Position numbers and translations under genes: made by a program
Notes under the pieces: model-generated
Seen by the model: the letters and a program-made list of their open reading frames with translations, nothing else
Databases searched by the model: none
What the model was told of the DNA's origin: nothing
From: Terriglobia bacterium
GTDB lineage: Bacteria; Acidobacteriota; Terriglobia; 20CM-2-55-15
Length of the DNA stretch: 64,000 nt
Reading direction: 5' to 3'
Assembly: GCA_965198225.1 (NCBI GenBank)
Contig: CBDAOY010000006.1
Location: 192,001-256,000, forward strand
Part shown: piece by piece, positions 40,608 to 49,847 of the stretch
Position numbering within the stretch: the stretch's first letter is position 1
Layout of the letters: every line of letters begins with the position of its first letter

Positions 40608-40636
40608 TAGACGTTTTTCGTCTGGAAAACTATAAT
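40608..40636 (+). promoter_or_regulatory. Sigma70 promoter of the rpsP operon
   Basis: TAGACG-17 nt-TATAAT. Confidence 0.7.
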
Positions 40637-40739
40637 TTTACGATATTTAGTAGAGACTCCGTTGGTCGTACTGTCTTCAGTCGCTACCGGTACGGTGTCT
40701 ATTTGTGTTCAGACAGCAGTAAACAGGAGGCATAGTCTA

Positions 40740-40979
40740 TTGGTAGCGATGCGTCTGACCCGCATCGGGTCAAAGAAGCGCCCTTGTTACAGGATCGTCG
40801 TCATCGAAAAGCGGCGGGCACGGAACGGCCGTTTTCTGGAGGTTCTCGGCCAATACAACCCCCTCTCCGATCCGGCTCAGATCGAAGTCAACGAAGATCG
40901 AGCCCGATACTGGCTTTCGAAGGGGGCAAAGCCTTCAGAAACGGTTCTGAGCATTCTGCGCAAGAAGGAAATCGCGTAG
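40740..40979 (+). CDS. rpsP: 30S ribosomal protein S16
   Basis: AGGAGG then TTG; MRLTRIGSKKRPCYRIVV..GAKPSETV. Confidence 0.95.
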   Translation: MVAMRLTRIGSKKRPCYRIVVIEKRRARNGRFLEVLGQYNPLSDPAQIEVNEDRARYWLSKGAKPSETVLSILRKKEIA

Positions 40980-41066
40980 AACTGCGAGAGTCTGTCGGGA
41001 ACCCAGGCATTTCGGACTCAGCCGCTGGCTCGAAACGACGCAATTGACGTTGGAGTAGGAGGTGGC

Positions 41067-41297
41067 ATGAAAGAGCTCATCGAACAGATCGCTAAAGCGC
41101 TTGTGGACAATCCCGATGAAGTCTCTGTGCGTCCCATCGAGGGAGAGCAGACCACCGTTCTGGAACTGCGGGTCGCGCAGAGCGACCTCGGGAAGGTCAT
41201 CGGGAAACAGGGTAGAACGGCGCGATCCATTCGAACCATTCTCAGTGCTGCCGGAATGAAGCTGAAGAAGCGGTTCACGCTAGAAATCCTGGAGTAG
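41067..41297 (+). CDS. khpA: KH-domain RNA-binding protein KhpA
   Basis: [17 protein letters not shown]; AGGAGG RBS. Confidence 0.93.
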   Translation: MKELIEQIAKALVDNPDEVSVRPIEGEQTTVLELRVAQSDLGKVIGKQGRTARSIRTILSAAGMKLKKRFTLEILE

Positions 41298-41299
41298 GC

Positions 41300-41833
41300 A
41301 TCATCAGCCACCAGGAACCTTTCATCTCCATCGCACGAATCACGCGGACACAGGGCCGCGTCGGGGCAGTTCGCGTTCAGATCGAATTCGAGGAGTTCCG
41401 GCTCTTCGACGTGGGACGCCGAGTCATTCTGACTCTCGACGACAGGAAGCGCGAAACGACGGTCGAGGACTTCAGGACCCAACATGGCCGATGGGTGCTG
41501 AAGCTGGAGGGCGTCGACTCGATCTCGGAGGCGGAAGAGTGGATCGGAGGCCGAATCCTGGTGGCGAAAGACGATCTGCCACCGAAAGAAGCCGGCGCAT
41601 TCTACAGCTTCGATCTGGAAGGTTGCGGCGTCTACGCTGACGACGCCTTGATCGGAACCGTGAAAGCGGTCCTCGATTATTCAGGCACGGAACTGCTGAG
41701 CCTGGACAATGACGGCGAGGAAATCCTGATTCCCTTCGCGAAGGCTTTTCTGAAGAAGGTCGACCCGGACGCGAAACGCATCGAAGTCGAGTTGCCTGAA
41801 GGACTGATCGAGTTGAACAGGAAGAAGAGGTGA
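41300..41833 (+). CDS. rimM: Ribosome maturation factor RimM (apparent ATC start)
   Basis: In-frame N-terminus FISIARITRTQGRVG upstream of GTG 41411; FYSFDLEG, EILIPF. Confidence 0.9.
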   Translation: MISHQEPFISIARITRTQGRVGAVRVQIEFEEFRLFDVGRRVILTLDDRKRETTVEDFRTQHGRWVLKLEGVDSISEAEEWIGGRILVAKDDLPPKEAGAFYSFDLEGCGVYADDALIGTVKAVLDYSGTELLSLDNDGEEILIPFAKAFLKKVDPDAKRIEVELPEGLIELNRKKR

Positions 41834-41845
41834 CGAGTAATCAAG

Positions 41846-42027
41846 TGTAGGTGCGGTCTATGACCGCACCTGATTCCGGCTTGAGGGAGGCGTGGGGGGA
41901 CCGGACCAGCTGTCTTTCTCCACAAAGCCGCGCACCCCGATCGGCACTTGAACGCTCAAACTCACGTCGGGAGGGGGACGGTGGGCCCGACGCTAATGAA
42001 TGGTTCCGCTCATAGAGCGCACCTACA
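41846..42027. repeat. Long REPIN between rimM and trmD
   Basis: REP at 41846-41869 (+) and REP at ~42003-42027 (-). Confidence 0.85.
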
Positions 42028-42038
42028 CCGCAGACGTA

Positions 42039-42797
42039 ATGCTGGCATTCGACATCCTCACAATATTCCCGGGGTTCTTCGATGGGCCTTTCGAACACGG
42101 AATCATCCGTCGGGCTCGGGAGCGTGGATTGATACGAACTGCTACTCACGACCTGCGGGACTACGCCGGGGATCGTCACCGTACGGTCGACGACCGGCCA
42201 TTCGGCGGCGGTGCAGGAATGGTTCTGAAGCCGGAACCGATATTCGAGGCGGTCGAAGCGGCACGGGACCCCGAGGCGCGCGTCGTCGAAGTTGCGGTGC
42301 TGAGCGCCGCGGGGCGGCTCTTTACCCAGGCCGAGGCTCTTCGGCTCTCGCGCGCCAACCAGGTGGTTCTGGTCTGCGGACGCTACGAGGGGGTCGACGA
42401 AAGGGTCGTCGAGCACCTGGCAACGACGGAGATCTCGATCGGAAACTACGTCGTGTCCGGCGGAGAGGTTGCAGCGGCCCTCGTCGTCGACGCCGTGACG
42501 CGCTACGTCCCGGGAGCCGTCGGAAAAGAGGAATCCATACTGAAAGATTCCTTCTCGGACCCGGGTGCCGAAACACGTTTGGTGGAGCACCCGCACTACA
42601 CGAGACCCGCGGAATACCGGGGGTTTCGGGTGCCCGAGGTGCTGATTTCAGGAAATCACGCGGCAGTCGAGGAATGGCGCCGGGGCGCTTCGCTCGAGAA
42701 AACGTCGAAGAACAGGCCGGACCTGTCGAGGGACGATTCACCGGGCGCGGAAAACGAGCAAATAAAGAAAGGCGGACCCTGGGAATCACGCGTTTGA
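42039..42797 (+). CDS. trmD: tRNA (guanine37-N1)-methyltransferase
   Basis: VDDRPFGGGAGM, CGRYEGVDER, YVVSGGE, HYTRP. Confidence 0.97.
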   Translation: MLAFDILTIFPGFFDGPFEHGIIRRARERGLIRTATHDLRDYAGDRHRTVDDRPFGGGAGMVLKPEPIFEAVEAARDPEARVVEVAVLSAAGRLFTQAEALRLSRANQVVLVCGRYEGVDERVVEHLATTEISIGNYVVSGGEVAAALVVDAVTRYVPGAVGKEESILKDSFSDPGAETRLVEHPHYTRPAEYRGFRVPEVLISGNHAAVEEWRRGASLEKTSKNRPDLSRDDSPGAENEQIKKGGPWESRV

Positions 42798-42833
42798 TTC
42801 TTCCGAGCGGTCCGATGGTAAGGTGAGGAGATT

Positions 42834-43181
42834 ATGAACGTCATCGATATGGTCGAAGGACAGCAACTTCGCGACGATCTACCGGCCTTCAAACCGGGAG
42901 ACACTCTCCGTGTCCACGTCCGCATCACGGAAGGCGAGAAGCAGCGGATTCAGGTCTTCGAAGGTGTCTGTATCGCCCAGAAGCATGGTGGCGTCCGAGA
43001 GACCTTCACCGTGCGCAAGATCTCATTCGGACAGGGAGTGGAGAGAGTTTTTCCGTTTCATTCGAAGGTCATCGACAAAATCGAAGTGATCCGAAGAGGT
43101 CGCGTACGGCGCGCAAAGCTCTACTACATCCGCAAGTTGCGTGGCAAAGCCGCACGGATCCGCGAGGCCAAGAGGCGCTAG
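42834..43181 (+). CDS. rplS: 50S ribosomal protein L19
   Basis: [21 protein letters not shown]. Confidence 0.97.
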   Translation: MNVIDMVEGQQLRDDLPAFKPGDTLRVHVRITEGEKQRIQVFEGVCIAQKHGGVRETFTVRKISFGQGVERVFPFHSKVIDKIEVIRRGRVRRAKLYYIRKLRGKAARIREAKRR

Positions 43182-43260
43182 GCGGAGCAGCCGGGTGCCG
43201 AGCAGCCGGAGTTCCTGCACGAGGGCAGGGATCCACTGACCGGATAGCATCGACCCTCGG

Positions 43261-43515
43261 ATGAACATGAATCGAGTCTTTGCGATTGCAGTCATCCTTT
43301 TCTGCTTCGAGATCGGGTTCTTCCTGATCGTCGTCCCGTGGTCCACGCTCTGGGAAAACAACCTTCTCTTTCTCTACGCTCCCGGGTTGCGTCCGTTCTT
43401 CTTGAGCTACATCGCCCGCGCGTCAGTCTCGGGTCTCGGCATCCTCGATTTCCTGATCGGGGTCTCCGAAGTCCGCCGCTTCTTCCGCCGTTCAGCCGTC
43501 GTCCGGGCCGATTAG
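43261..43515 (+). CDS. Small two-TM membrane protein
   Basis: FEIGFFLIVVPWSTLWENN..RASVSGLG. Confidence 0.7.
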   Translation: MNMNRVFAIAVILFCFEIGFFLIVVPWSTLWENNLLFLYAPGLRPFFLSYIARASVSGLGILDFLIGVSEVRRFFRRSAVVRAD

Positions 43516-43787
43516 CAACCCGTGGCAGAACTCTACAGGGCCGCGTTGCGGCCAAACGGGGCCGGATTCGAGGAGGCGAGGACGAAACAATGCTCATTCA
43601 TTGGGAGGAGTCGACGACAACGAAGACGGCCCCGTTTCGCCGTAACCCGAAGGGCGCAGGGGGGTTCGGGCCGCAGGCTTTGTCCATCGTCGGTCACGAT
43701 GAATGATCATCGCTCCGCTCCTCGCTTCGCGCCTGCAACCCGAAGACCCCTGCGCGCGACCCTGCAGAGTTCTGCCACGGGCTGCTA
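43513..43787. mobile_element. MITE-like element, ~275 bp, 33-bp imperfect terminal inverted repeats
   Basis: Left TAGCAACCCGTGGCAGAACTCTACAGGGCCGCG vs right (revcomp) TAGCAGCCCGTGGCAGAACTCTGCAGGGTCGCG. Confidence 0.8.
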
Positions 43788-43797
43788 GGCTTCGGGA

Positions 43798-44331
43798 ATG
43801 ATCCTCTATTACGTCACTGATCAAAACCAGGGTGACGTCATGGCGGCTACACGACGCGCCGTCGAACGCGGCGTCGACATGATTCAGGTCCGCGAAAAGG
43901 ACCTCCCCACGCTGGATCTTGTGAGTCTGGTTCGGAGCGTTCGGAATCTCGCACACGGCTCGAAGACTCGTGTCCTGGTGAATGACAGGCTCGACGTGGC
44001 CCTCGCCGCCGGCGCTTCCGGCGTTCACCTGCCGGCCAACGGGTTGCCGGTTGCCCCGGTGCGAGCACTCGTGGACCTGTTGGGTGTGTCGACCCACACA
44101 CCAGAAGAGGCCCTCCAGGCCGAACGCGCGGGCGCCGACTTCATCGTATTCGGACCTGTGTTCGACACCCCAGGCAAGACCCCAGTAGGCGTCGGCCGTC
44201 TGAAACAGGTCTGCTCCGCCGTCGACATTCCCGTTCTCGCCATCGGTGGAGTCAATGAAGAAAACACCCCGCTGGTGATGGAAGCTGGCGCGTCCGGGAT
44301 CGCCGCAATCCGGTTGTTTCAGAGGTCGTAG
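43798..44331 (+). CDS. thiE: Thiamine-phosphate synthase / TenI-family protein
   Basis: IQVREKD, VNDRLDVA, GVHL, GVSTH, FGPVF, LAIGG. Confidence 0.85.
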   Translation: MILYYVTDQNQGDVMAATRRAVERGVDMIQVREKDLPTLDLVSLVRSVRNLAHGSKTRVLVNDRLDVALAAGASGVHLPANGLPVAPVRALVDLLGVSTHTPEEALQAERAGADFIVFGPVFDTPGKTPVGVGRLKQVCSAVDIPVLAIGGVNEENTPLVMEAGASGIAAIRLFQRS

Positions 44332-44510
44332 GCCGTTGTCCGTAGGCCGTTAGAAGAGCCTCGACGTCGCACTCGCAAGGCGGAGTCCAATGCTCCAGAG
44401 TGTCCAGGGCGATGTCCAAGGTCGGCTCCAAGCCCCGAAGCCCGTTTCAAATGAACTTTGAATCTGGGAGGGGGCTTGTCAGGCGCCATGCGCGGACAAC
44501 GGCCTACGAC
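44327..44510. repeat. Heptamer-periodic inverted arms (CGTAGGC-type) between thiE and pyrF
   Basis: cgtaggccgttgtccgtaggccgttag ... cggacaacggcctacg. Confidence 0.7.
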
Positions 44511-45211
44511 CCAAACGAGCCGATCACTTCTTCCAGCGCGACGCGTGGGTTCTTGGCCTGATTCACGTATCGGCCTATCACCACGTAGTTCGCGCCGGCG
44601 GCTACGGCTTCAGCGGGCGTGGCGACACGTTGCTGGTCGTCGGGGGACTGGCCGGGCATCCGGACGCCGGGCGTAACGATGGTCGGGGCGGCACCGAACT
44701 CCGTCCGCAGGATTCCGATCTCATGAGCCGAACAGACCAGGCCGTCGGCGCCCGCATCGAGGGCCATCCGACCCAGGCGCAGGACCTGGTCGGAGAGCCT
44801 ACCGCGAACGCCGGTCGCAGCAAGCGTGGCGGGATCGATGCTCGTCAGGACGGTGACGGCGACGATGAGCGGGCGTTTCCCCGCGAAGGAGGCCTCTAGG
44901 TCGCGAATTGTCGCAGCGATCATCTCGCGTCCGCCCGAGGCGTGAACTGTCATCATCGATACGCCGAGCCGGGCTGCTTCGAGCGCCGCACGGGACGCGG
45001 TATTGGGGATGTCGTGGATCTTGAGGTCCAGGAACACGCGTTCGCCTCGCTCCACGATCTCGGCGACGATGGCCGGGCCTTCGGCCATGAACAATTGGTG
45101 TCCGACCTTGAGCATCCCAGCCAGGCCGGAAACAGCATCCACGAGCCCGAGGGCCTTGGAACGGGAGCTGACGTCGATCCCGACGATGGCGGGGCCCTTG
45201 TTCGCGGTCAC
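44504..45211 (-). CDS. pyrF: Orotidine-5'-phosphate decarboxylase
   Basis: FLDLKIHDIPNT, VTVLTS, TPGVR, DDQQRV. Confidence 0.95.
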   Translation of the reverse strand: MTANKGPAIVGIDVSSRSKALGLVDAVSGLAGMLKVGHQLFMAEGPAIVAEIVERGERVFLDLKIHDIPNTASRAALEAARLGVSMMTVHASGGREMIAATIRDLEASFAGKRPLIVAVTVLTSIDPATLAATGVRGRLSDQVLRLGRMALDAGADGLVCSAHEIGILRTEFGAAPTIVTPGVRMPGQSPDDQQRVATPAEAVAAGANYVVIGRYVNQAKNPRVALEEVIGSFGS

Positions 45212-46131
45212 GACGCTTTCACGCTTCCGACGAGGTCCCGAACCGAAGCGATGCGCCTGCGCGTCATGTACCTCCGCAGTTCATCAATGATCCTGATGGA
45301 CGCCTTCGGGTCCTCGAAGTTGGCTGTGCCGACCTGCACGGCCGAAGCCCCGGCCAGCAAGTACTCAGCAGCGGCGTCTCCGGAGCAGACGCCACCCAAC
45401 CCGAAGATCGGTATCCTCACGGCGCGGGCGGACTGATATACCATCCGCAGCGTGATCGGCCGGATCGCCGGTCCCGACAAGCCGCCCGTGATCGTTTCTA
45501 TCCGCGGGCGGAATGTCACGGGATCGATGGCCATCGCCAGGTAGGTATTGGCGATCGTCAGCGCGTCGGCGCCGGCCGCCTCGGCAGCAACGGCGATCTC
45601 CGCGATGTCGGTGACGTTCGGTGAAAGCTTGACGATTACGGGGCGCGTCGCGAGACTCTTGACCCCCCTGGTCAATTCCCCGGTGGCGTCGGGATGCGTG
45701 CCGAAGACCATGCCGCCTTTCTTCGTGTTCGGACACGAGATGTTCAGCTCGTAGGCGGCAATCCCATCGCATTCGTTCAGCTTCTCCACGACCTCGATGT
45801 ACTCGTCGATGCTGAAGCCGAAGACATTGACGAAAACCGGGCAGGCGGCCTTCCTCAAAAACGGCATCTTGTCTCGGATAAAGGCGTCGACGCCCACGTT
45901 CTGAAGGCCGATGGAATTCAGCATCCCGGCGGAAGTGGGAAAGAGGCGGGGCGCGGGATTGCCGGCAATCGGGCGAGCCGAGGTCCCTTTGACCGAAATC
46001 GCCCCAACCCGGCTGAAATCGAGCAGTCCCTCGAATTCCTCACCGTAGCCAACCGTTCCGCTCGCCAGGACGACCGGATTGCGAAGCTCGATACCCGCAA
46101 TCTCCACGGAGAGGTCAGGAACCGTGCTCAT
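45208..46131 (-). CDS. pyrD: Dihydroorotate dehydrogenase, family 1
   Basis: NSIGLQN, ELNISCPN, KLSPNV, GGLSGPAI. Confidence 0.95.
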   Translation of the reverse strand: MSTVPDLSVEIAGIELRNPVVLASGTVGYGEEFEGLLDFSRVGAISVKGTSARPIAGNPAPRLFPTSAGMLNSIGLQNVGVDAFIRDKMPFLRKAACPVFVNVFGFSIDEYIEVVEKLNECDGIAAYELNISCPNTKKGGMVFGTHPDATGELTRGVKSLATRPVIVKLSPNVTDIAEIAVAAEAAGADALTIANTYLAMAIDPVTFRPRIETITGGLSGPAIRPITLRMVYQSARAVRIPIFGLGGVCSGDAAAEYLLAGASAVQVGTANFEDPKASIRIIDELRRYMTRRRIASVRDLVGSVKAS

Positions 46132-46277
46132 ACGGGCACGAATCTATCATATAATCCTCCGGCGGATGACACTGAAGGTCGGCTACCGATTGATGAGAAA
46201 GCAGATGCCGGCGACCGTTTGCCTCCCGAAACCCGATCGGGATCTCCCCTCCATTCGGCACGGAATCTCTGAGCGAA

Positions 46278-47207
46278 ATGGCTGAAAAAAGGGACTTGCT
46301 GGGAATCGAGAACCTGCCGACAGGACAGATGCTCGAGATACTGGATTCGGCCGAATCGCTCGAAGCCCCGGGGCTGGCACGGAAGCTGTCGACCCTGAAG
46401 GGCAAGACGGTCATCAACCTGTTCTTCGAAGCCTCAACCCGGACCCGCACATCGTTCGAAGTCGCCGGCAAAAGGCTTTCCGCGGACGTGATCAACGTAG
46501 GCGGATCGAGCACCAGCATCGTGAAAGGCGAAACTCTCGTCGATACCGCGAAGACGCTCGACGCCATGTCGCCCGACTGCATCGTGATCCGTCATGCCTC
46601 TTCAGGAGTTCCCCATCAAATCGCCCGGTTCTCTGAAGCATCGGTCGTCAATGCCGGGGACGGCTCCCACGAACATCCAACTCAGGCGCTGCTCGATGCC
46701 CACACGATCCGCCGGCACAAGGGCAGGCTCGACGGCCTTAAGGTCGCCATCGTCGGCGACATCCTCCATAGCCGGGTCGCGCGCTCCAACTTGTTCGCAC
46801 TGACCGCCTTCCAATCCCACGTCTGGCTCTGCGCCGCGCCAACTCTGATGCCTCCGGAGGTGGACAGGATCACGTGTTCGGATAACCCGTTCCTGCACAT
46901 CACGAACTCGATGGATGAGGCTGTCGCCGAAGCCGACGTCGTCATGATGTTGCGCATCCAGTTTGAACGGATGATCGAGTCTTTCTTCCCGTCTACACGC
47001 GAGTACTGCAGGTACTTCGGGTTGAACGAAGAGCGCATGCGCCTGGCGAGACCCGACGCTATAGTGATGCATCCGGGTCCCATCAACCGGGGCATCGAGA
47101 TCTCGGCCGCAGTCGCCGACGGCCCGTACTCGGTCATACTGGACCAGGTCGCGGCCGGGGTGGCTGTGCGAATGGCGATTCTGTGCTGGCTGCTGGGAGA
47201 TTCATGA
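46278..47207 (+). CDS. pyrB: Aspartate carbamoyltransferase
   Basis: [25 protein letters not shown]. Confidence 0.97.
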   Translation: MAEKRDLLGIENLPTGQMLEILDSAESLEAPGLARKLSTLKGKTVINLFFEASTRTRTSFEVAGKRLSADVINVGGSSTSIVKGETLVDTAKTLDAMSPDCIVIRHASSGVPHQIARFSEASVVNAGDGSHEHPTQALLDAHTIRRHKGRLDGLKVAIVGDILHSRVARSNLFALTAFQSHVWLCAAPTLMPPEVDRITCSDNPFLHITNSMDEAVAEADVVMMLRIQFERMIESFFPSTREYCRYFGLNEERMRLARPDAIVMHPGPINRGIEISAAVADGPYSVILDQVAAGVAVRMAILCWLLGDS

Positions 47208-48469
47208 AACTCGTCGTAAAGAATGGTCATCTCGTCGATCCGGCGCGAGGCGTGGATCGCGTCGCGGACGTCCTGATCGAGGATGGAAAGATCCGGGACA
47301 TCGGCAGCTTCGAAGCCAACGGCGCCGCTTCACTCGATGCGACTGGACTCGTCGTTGCGCCGGGGTTTTTCGACATCCACGTGCACCTGCGGGAGCCCGG
47401 AACCGAGGAAGCGGAAACGATCCGGTCGGGAGGCGAGGCGGCGGTCGCTGGCGGTTTTACGGCCTTGGCGGCCATGCCCAACACGAAACCGCCCAACGAC
47501 TGTGCCTCGATGACGCAGTTCATCGTCTCGGAGGCCAGACGCCACTCTCCGGCTCGGATCTTCCCGATAGGGGCAATCACGAAGGGCCAGGAAGGCGAAT
47601 CCCTGGCTGAAATCGGGGACATGGTCGAGGCCGGGATCGTGGCGATCTCGGACGACGGCAGGCCCGTGATGAACTCCCGTCTGTTCCGGCGCGCGATGGA
47701 ATATTCCCGCATGTTCGACCTGCCTGTCATCCAACACTGCGAGGACCTGGATCTGTCTTCGGGCGGGGTGATGCATGAGGGGTTTGTCTCGACCCGACTG
47801 GGCCTGAAGGGCATACCCGCTGCAGCCGAAGACTCGGTCGTCGCGCGCGACTTGATTCTCGCAGAAGTGACCGGGGCCCGATACCACGTCGCCCACCTCA
47901 GCACCTCAGGAGCCGTCCAGATGGTCCGCCGGGCGAAGGAGGCCGGGTTAGGGGTCACGGCGGAGGTCACACCGCATCACTTCACTCTTACCGAAGAAGA
48001 TGTTCGAGATTACGACACGAACGCGAAAATGAAGCCGCCGCTGCGCTCGGAAGCAGATCGAGTCGCAGTCGTGTCCGGGATCGAGGACGGCACGATAGAC
48101 GCCATCGCGTCCGATCACGCCCCGCATCACGCGAACCTGAAGATGCTGGAATTCGACCGTGCGCCTTTCGGGATTACGGGCCTGGAGACGGCCGTCGGGC
48201 TGGCGATCACAAACTTGAATCTGCCGCTGCCTCGCGTGGTAGAGTTGTTCTCGATCAACCCGCAGAAAATCATGAGGGTCGATGGCTGGGGGCTGTACGA
48301 GGGAAGCCCGGCGGACCTGACCGTGTTCGACTCCGCCCATGAATGGACCTTCAACGTCGGGCAGTCGCGCTCGCTCAGCCGGAACAGTCCATTCGACGGC
48401 TGGAAGCTGAAGGGTAGGGCCATGGCCACTATCGTTGGAGGGAGGATCGTTTATGAAGAGCATCGCTAA
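47204..48469 (+). CDS. pyrC: Dihydroorotase
   Basis: [27 protein letters not shown]. Confidence 0.95.
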   Translation: MKLVVKNGHLVDPARGVDRVADVLIEDGKIRDIGSFEANGAASLDATGLVVAPGFFDIHVHLREPGTEEAETIRSGGEAAVAGGFTALAAMPNTKPPNDCASMTQFIVSEARRHSPARIFPIGAITKGQEGESLAEIGDMVEAGIVAISDDGRPVMNSRLFRRAMEYSRMFDLPVIQHCEDLDLSSGGVMHEGFVSTRLGLKGIPAAAEDSVVARDLILAEVTGARYHVAHLSTSGAVQMVRRAKEAGLGVTAEVTPHHFTLTEEDVRDYDTNAKMKPPLRSEADRVAVVSGIEDGTIDAIASDHAPHHANLKMLEFDRAPFGITGLETAVGLAITNLNLPLPRVVELFSINPQKIMRVDGWGLYEGSPADLTVFDSAHEWTFNVGQSRSLSRNSPFDGWKLKGRAMATIVGGRIVYEEHR

Positions 48470-49727
48470 GGTCATTTTGTGGGTCATACTCGCGGCGGGC
48501 ATCGCTTCTGGACAGTCTGCAGATGAACGCGTCGCCGGAATCCGGGCCGACGACGCCTACCAGGGCGCACTCGAATTCATCGCGAACGACCACGAACGAT
48601 GGGTGGCCGAGTTGATCGAACTCACTGAAATCCCCGCGCCTCCATTCAAAGAGGAGCAGAGAGCGCAGGCCTACCTGGAAAAGCTGAGGCAGGTCGGTCT
48701 GACCGATGTCGCGATGGACGAAGAAGGCAACGTGATGGGGATCCGAAAGGGTGCCGGCGGTCCGCTTCTAGCCGTCGCGGCTCATCTGGACACCGTATTC
48801 CCCGAGGGCACGGACGTTACGGTCAAGCGCGAGGGTACGCGGTTGTCCGCGCCCGGAATCGGGGACGATACGTCCGGGCTGGCAACCCTGCTGTCGGTGA
48901 TTCGGGCGATGGATGCCGCCGGTCTGGAGACCGAAAGAGACATCCTGTTTATCGGAGATGTTGGAGAAGAGGGTCCGGGCGACCTCCGGGGCATGAAATA
49001 CCTGTTCCGCGAAGGCGAGTATAAGGACAGGATTGCTGGCTTCATCTCGGTCGAAGGCGGAAGACAGAATTCGATCACCAACGGCGCGCTGGGCAGCAAA
49101 CGTTACCGCGTAACGTTCAAGGGACCCGGGGGTCACAGCTACGGTGCTTTCGGTTTGGTCAGCCCCGCATTCGCCATGGGCAACGCGATGCGGAAGTTTT
49201 CGTTGCTGGATGTGCCCGAGGACCCAAAGACGACTTTCAACGTCGGCGTTATCGGAGGTGGGACGTCCGTGAACTCGATTCCTTTCGAGTCGTGGATGGA
49301 AGTCGACATGCGGTCTGAGGTGCGCGACGAACTCGACATGCTGGCAGAAACATTCATCGGCCTCATGCATGAGGCGGTTGATGAGGAGAACGAAGCGCGG
49401 TCGACCTCCCAGGGGGAAATCGAACTGGAGATGACGATGATCGGTGACCGGCCGTCGGGAGAAACCCCGCACGATGCCGACATTGTTCAGCAAGCCACGA
49501 GCGCCCTGAAGGCGTTCGGGAAGGAGCCGTCCTACCGGATATCCAGTACCGATTCCAACATCCCGATCAGCATGGGAATTCCCGCGATGACGATAGGGCG
49601 GGGCGGTAGCGGGGGGCGGGCTCACTCCCTCGACGAGTGGGTCGATGTTGAAGAGTCGTCGACGGTCGAAGGCGTACAGGTCGTGCTGACCCTCATCCTC
49701 GCAGTCGCGGGGCTGGAGGGGAACTGA
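48453..49727 (+). CDS. Secreted M20/M28-family metallopeptidase
   Basis: Signal peptide; AAHLDTVF, GIGDD, GEEG, GGHS, AHSLDEW. Confidence 0.88.
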   Translation: MKSIAKVILWVILAAGIASGQSADERVAGIRADDAYQGALEFIANDHERWVAELIELTEIPAPPFKEEQRAQAYLEKLRQVGLTDVAMDEEGNVMGIRKGAGGPLLAVAAHLDTVFPEGTDVTVKREGTRLSAPGIGDDTSGLATLLSVIRAMDAAGLETERDILFIGDVGEEGPGDLRGMKYLFREGEYKDRIAGFISVEGGRQNSITNGALGSKRYRVTFKGPGGHSYGAFGLVSPAFAMGNAMRKFSLLDVPEDPKTTFNVGVIGGGTSVNSIPFESWMEVDMRSEVRDELDMLAETFIGLMHEAVDEENEARSTSQGEIELEMTMIGDRPSGETPHDADIVQQATSALKAFGKEPSYRISSTDSNIPISMGIPAMTIGRGGSGGRAHSLDEWVDVEESSTVEGVQVVLTLILAVAGLEGN

Positions 49728-49729
49728 TC

Positions 49730-49846
49730 TGTAGGTGCGGTCTATGACCGCACTATCTTCTGCAGCGAGAACACTTCCAGTCTAGACATTTCTGCTCAGC
49801 CCACACCCGGGGCTCGAAGAATGTGCGGTCATAGACCGCACCTACA
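49730..49846. repeat. REPIN between convergent peptidase gene and leuS
   Basis: REP at 49730-49753 (+) and REP at 49822-49846 (-). Confidence 0.88.
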
Positions 49847-49847
49847 C

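Noticed and set aside
46132-46277. pyrR remnant or PyrR attenuator before pyrB
   Set aside because: No PRTase motif and no convincing PyrR-binding loop or terminator
11408-49846. REP copies as a CRISPR array
   Set aside because: Dispersed and often inverted, no regular repeat-spacer array, no cas genes
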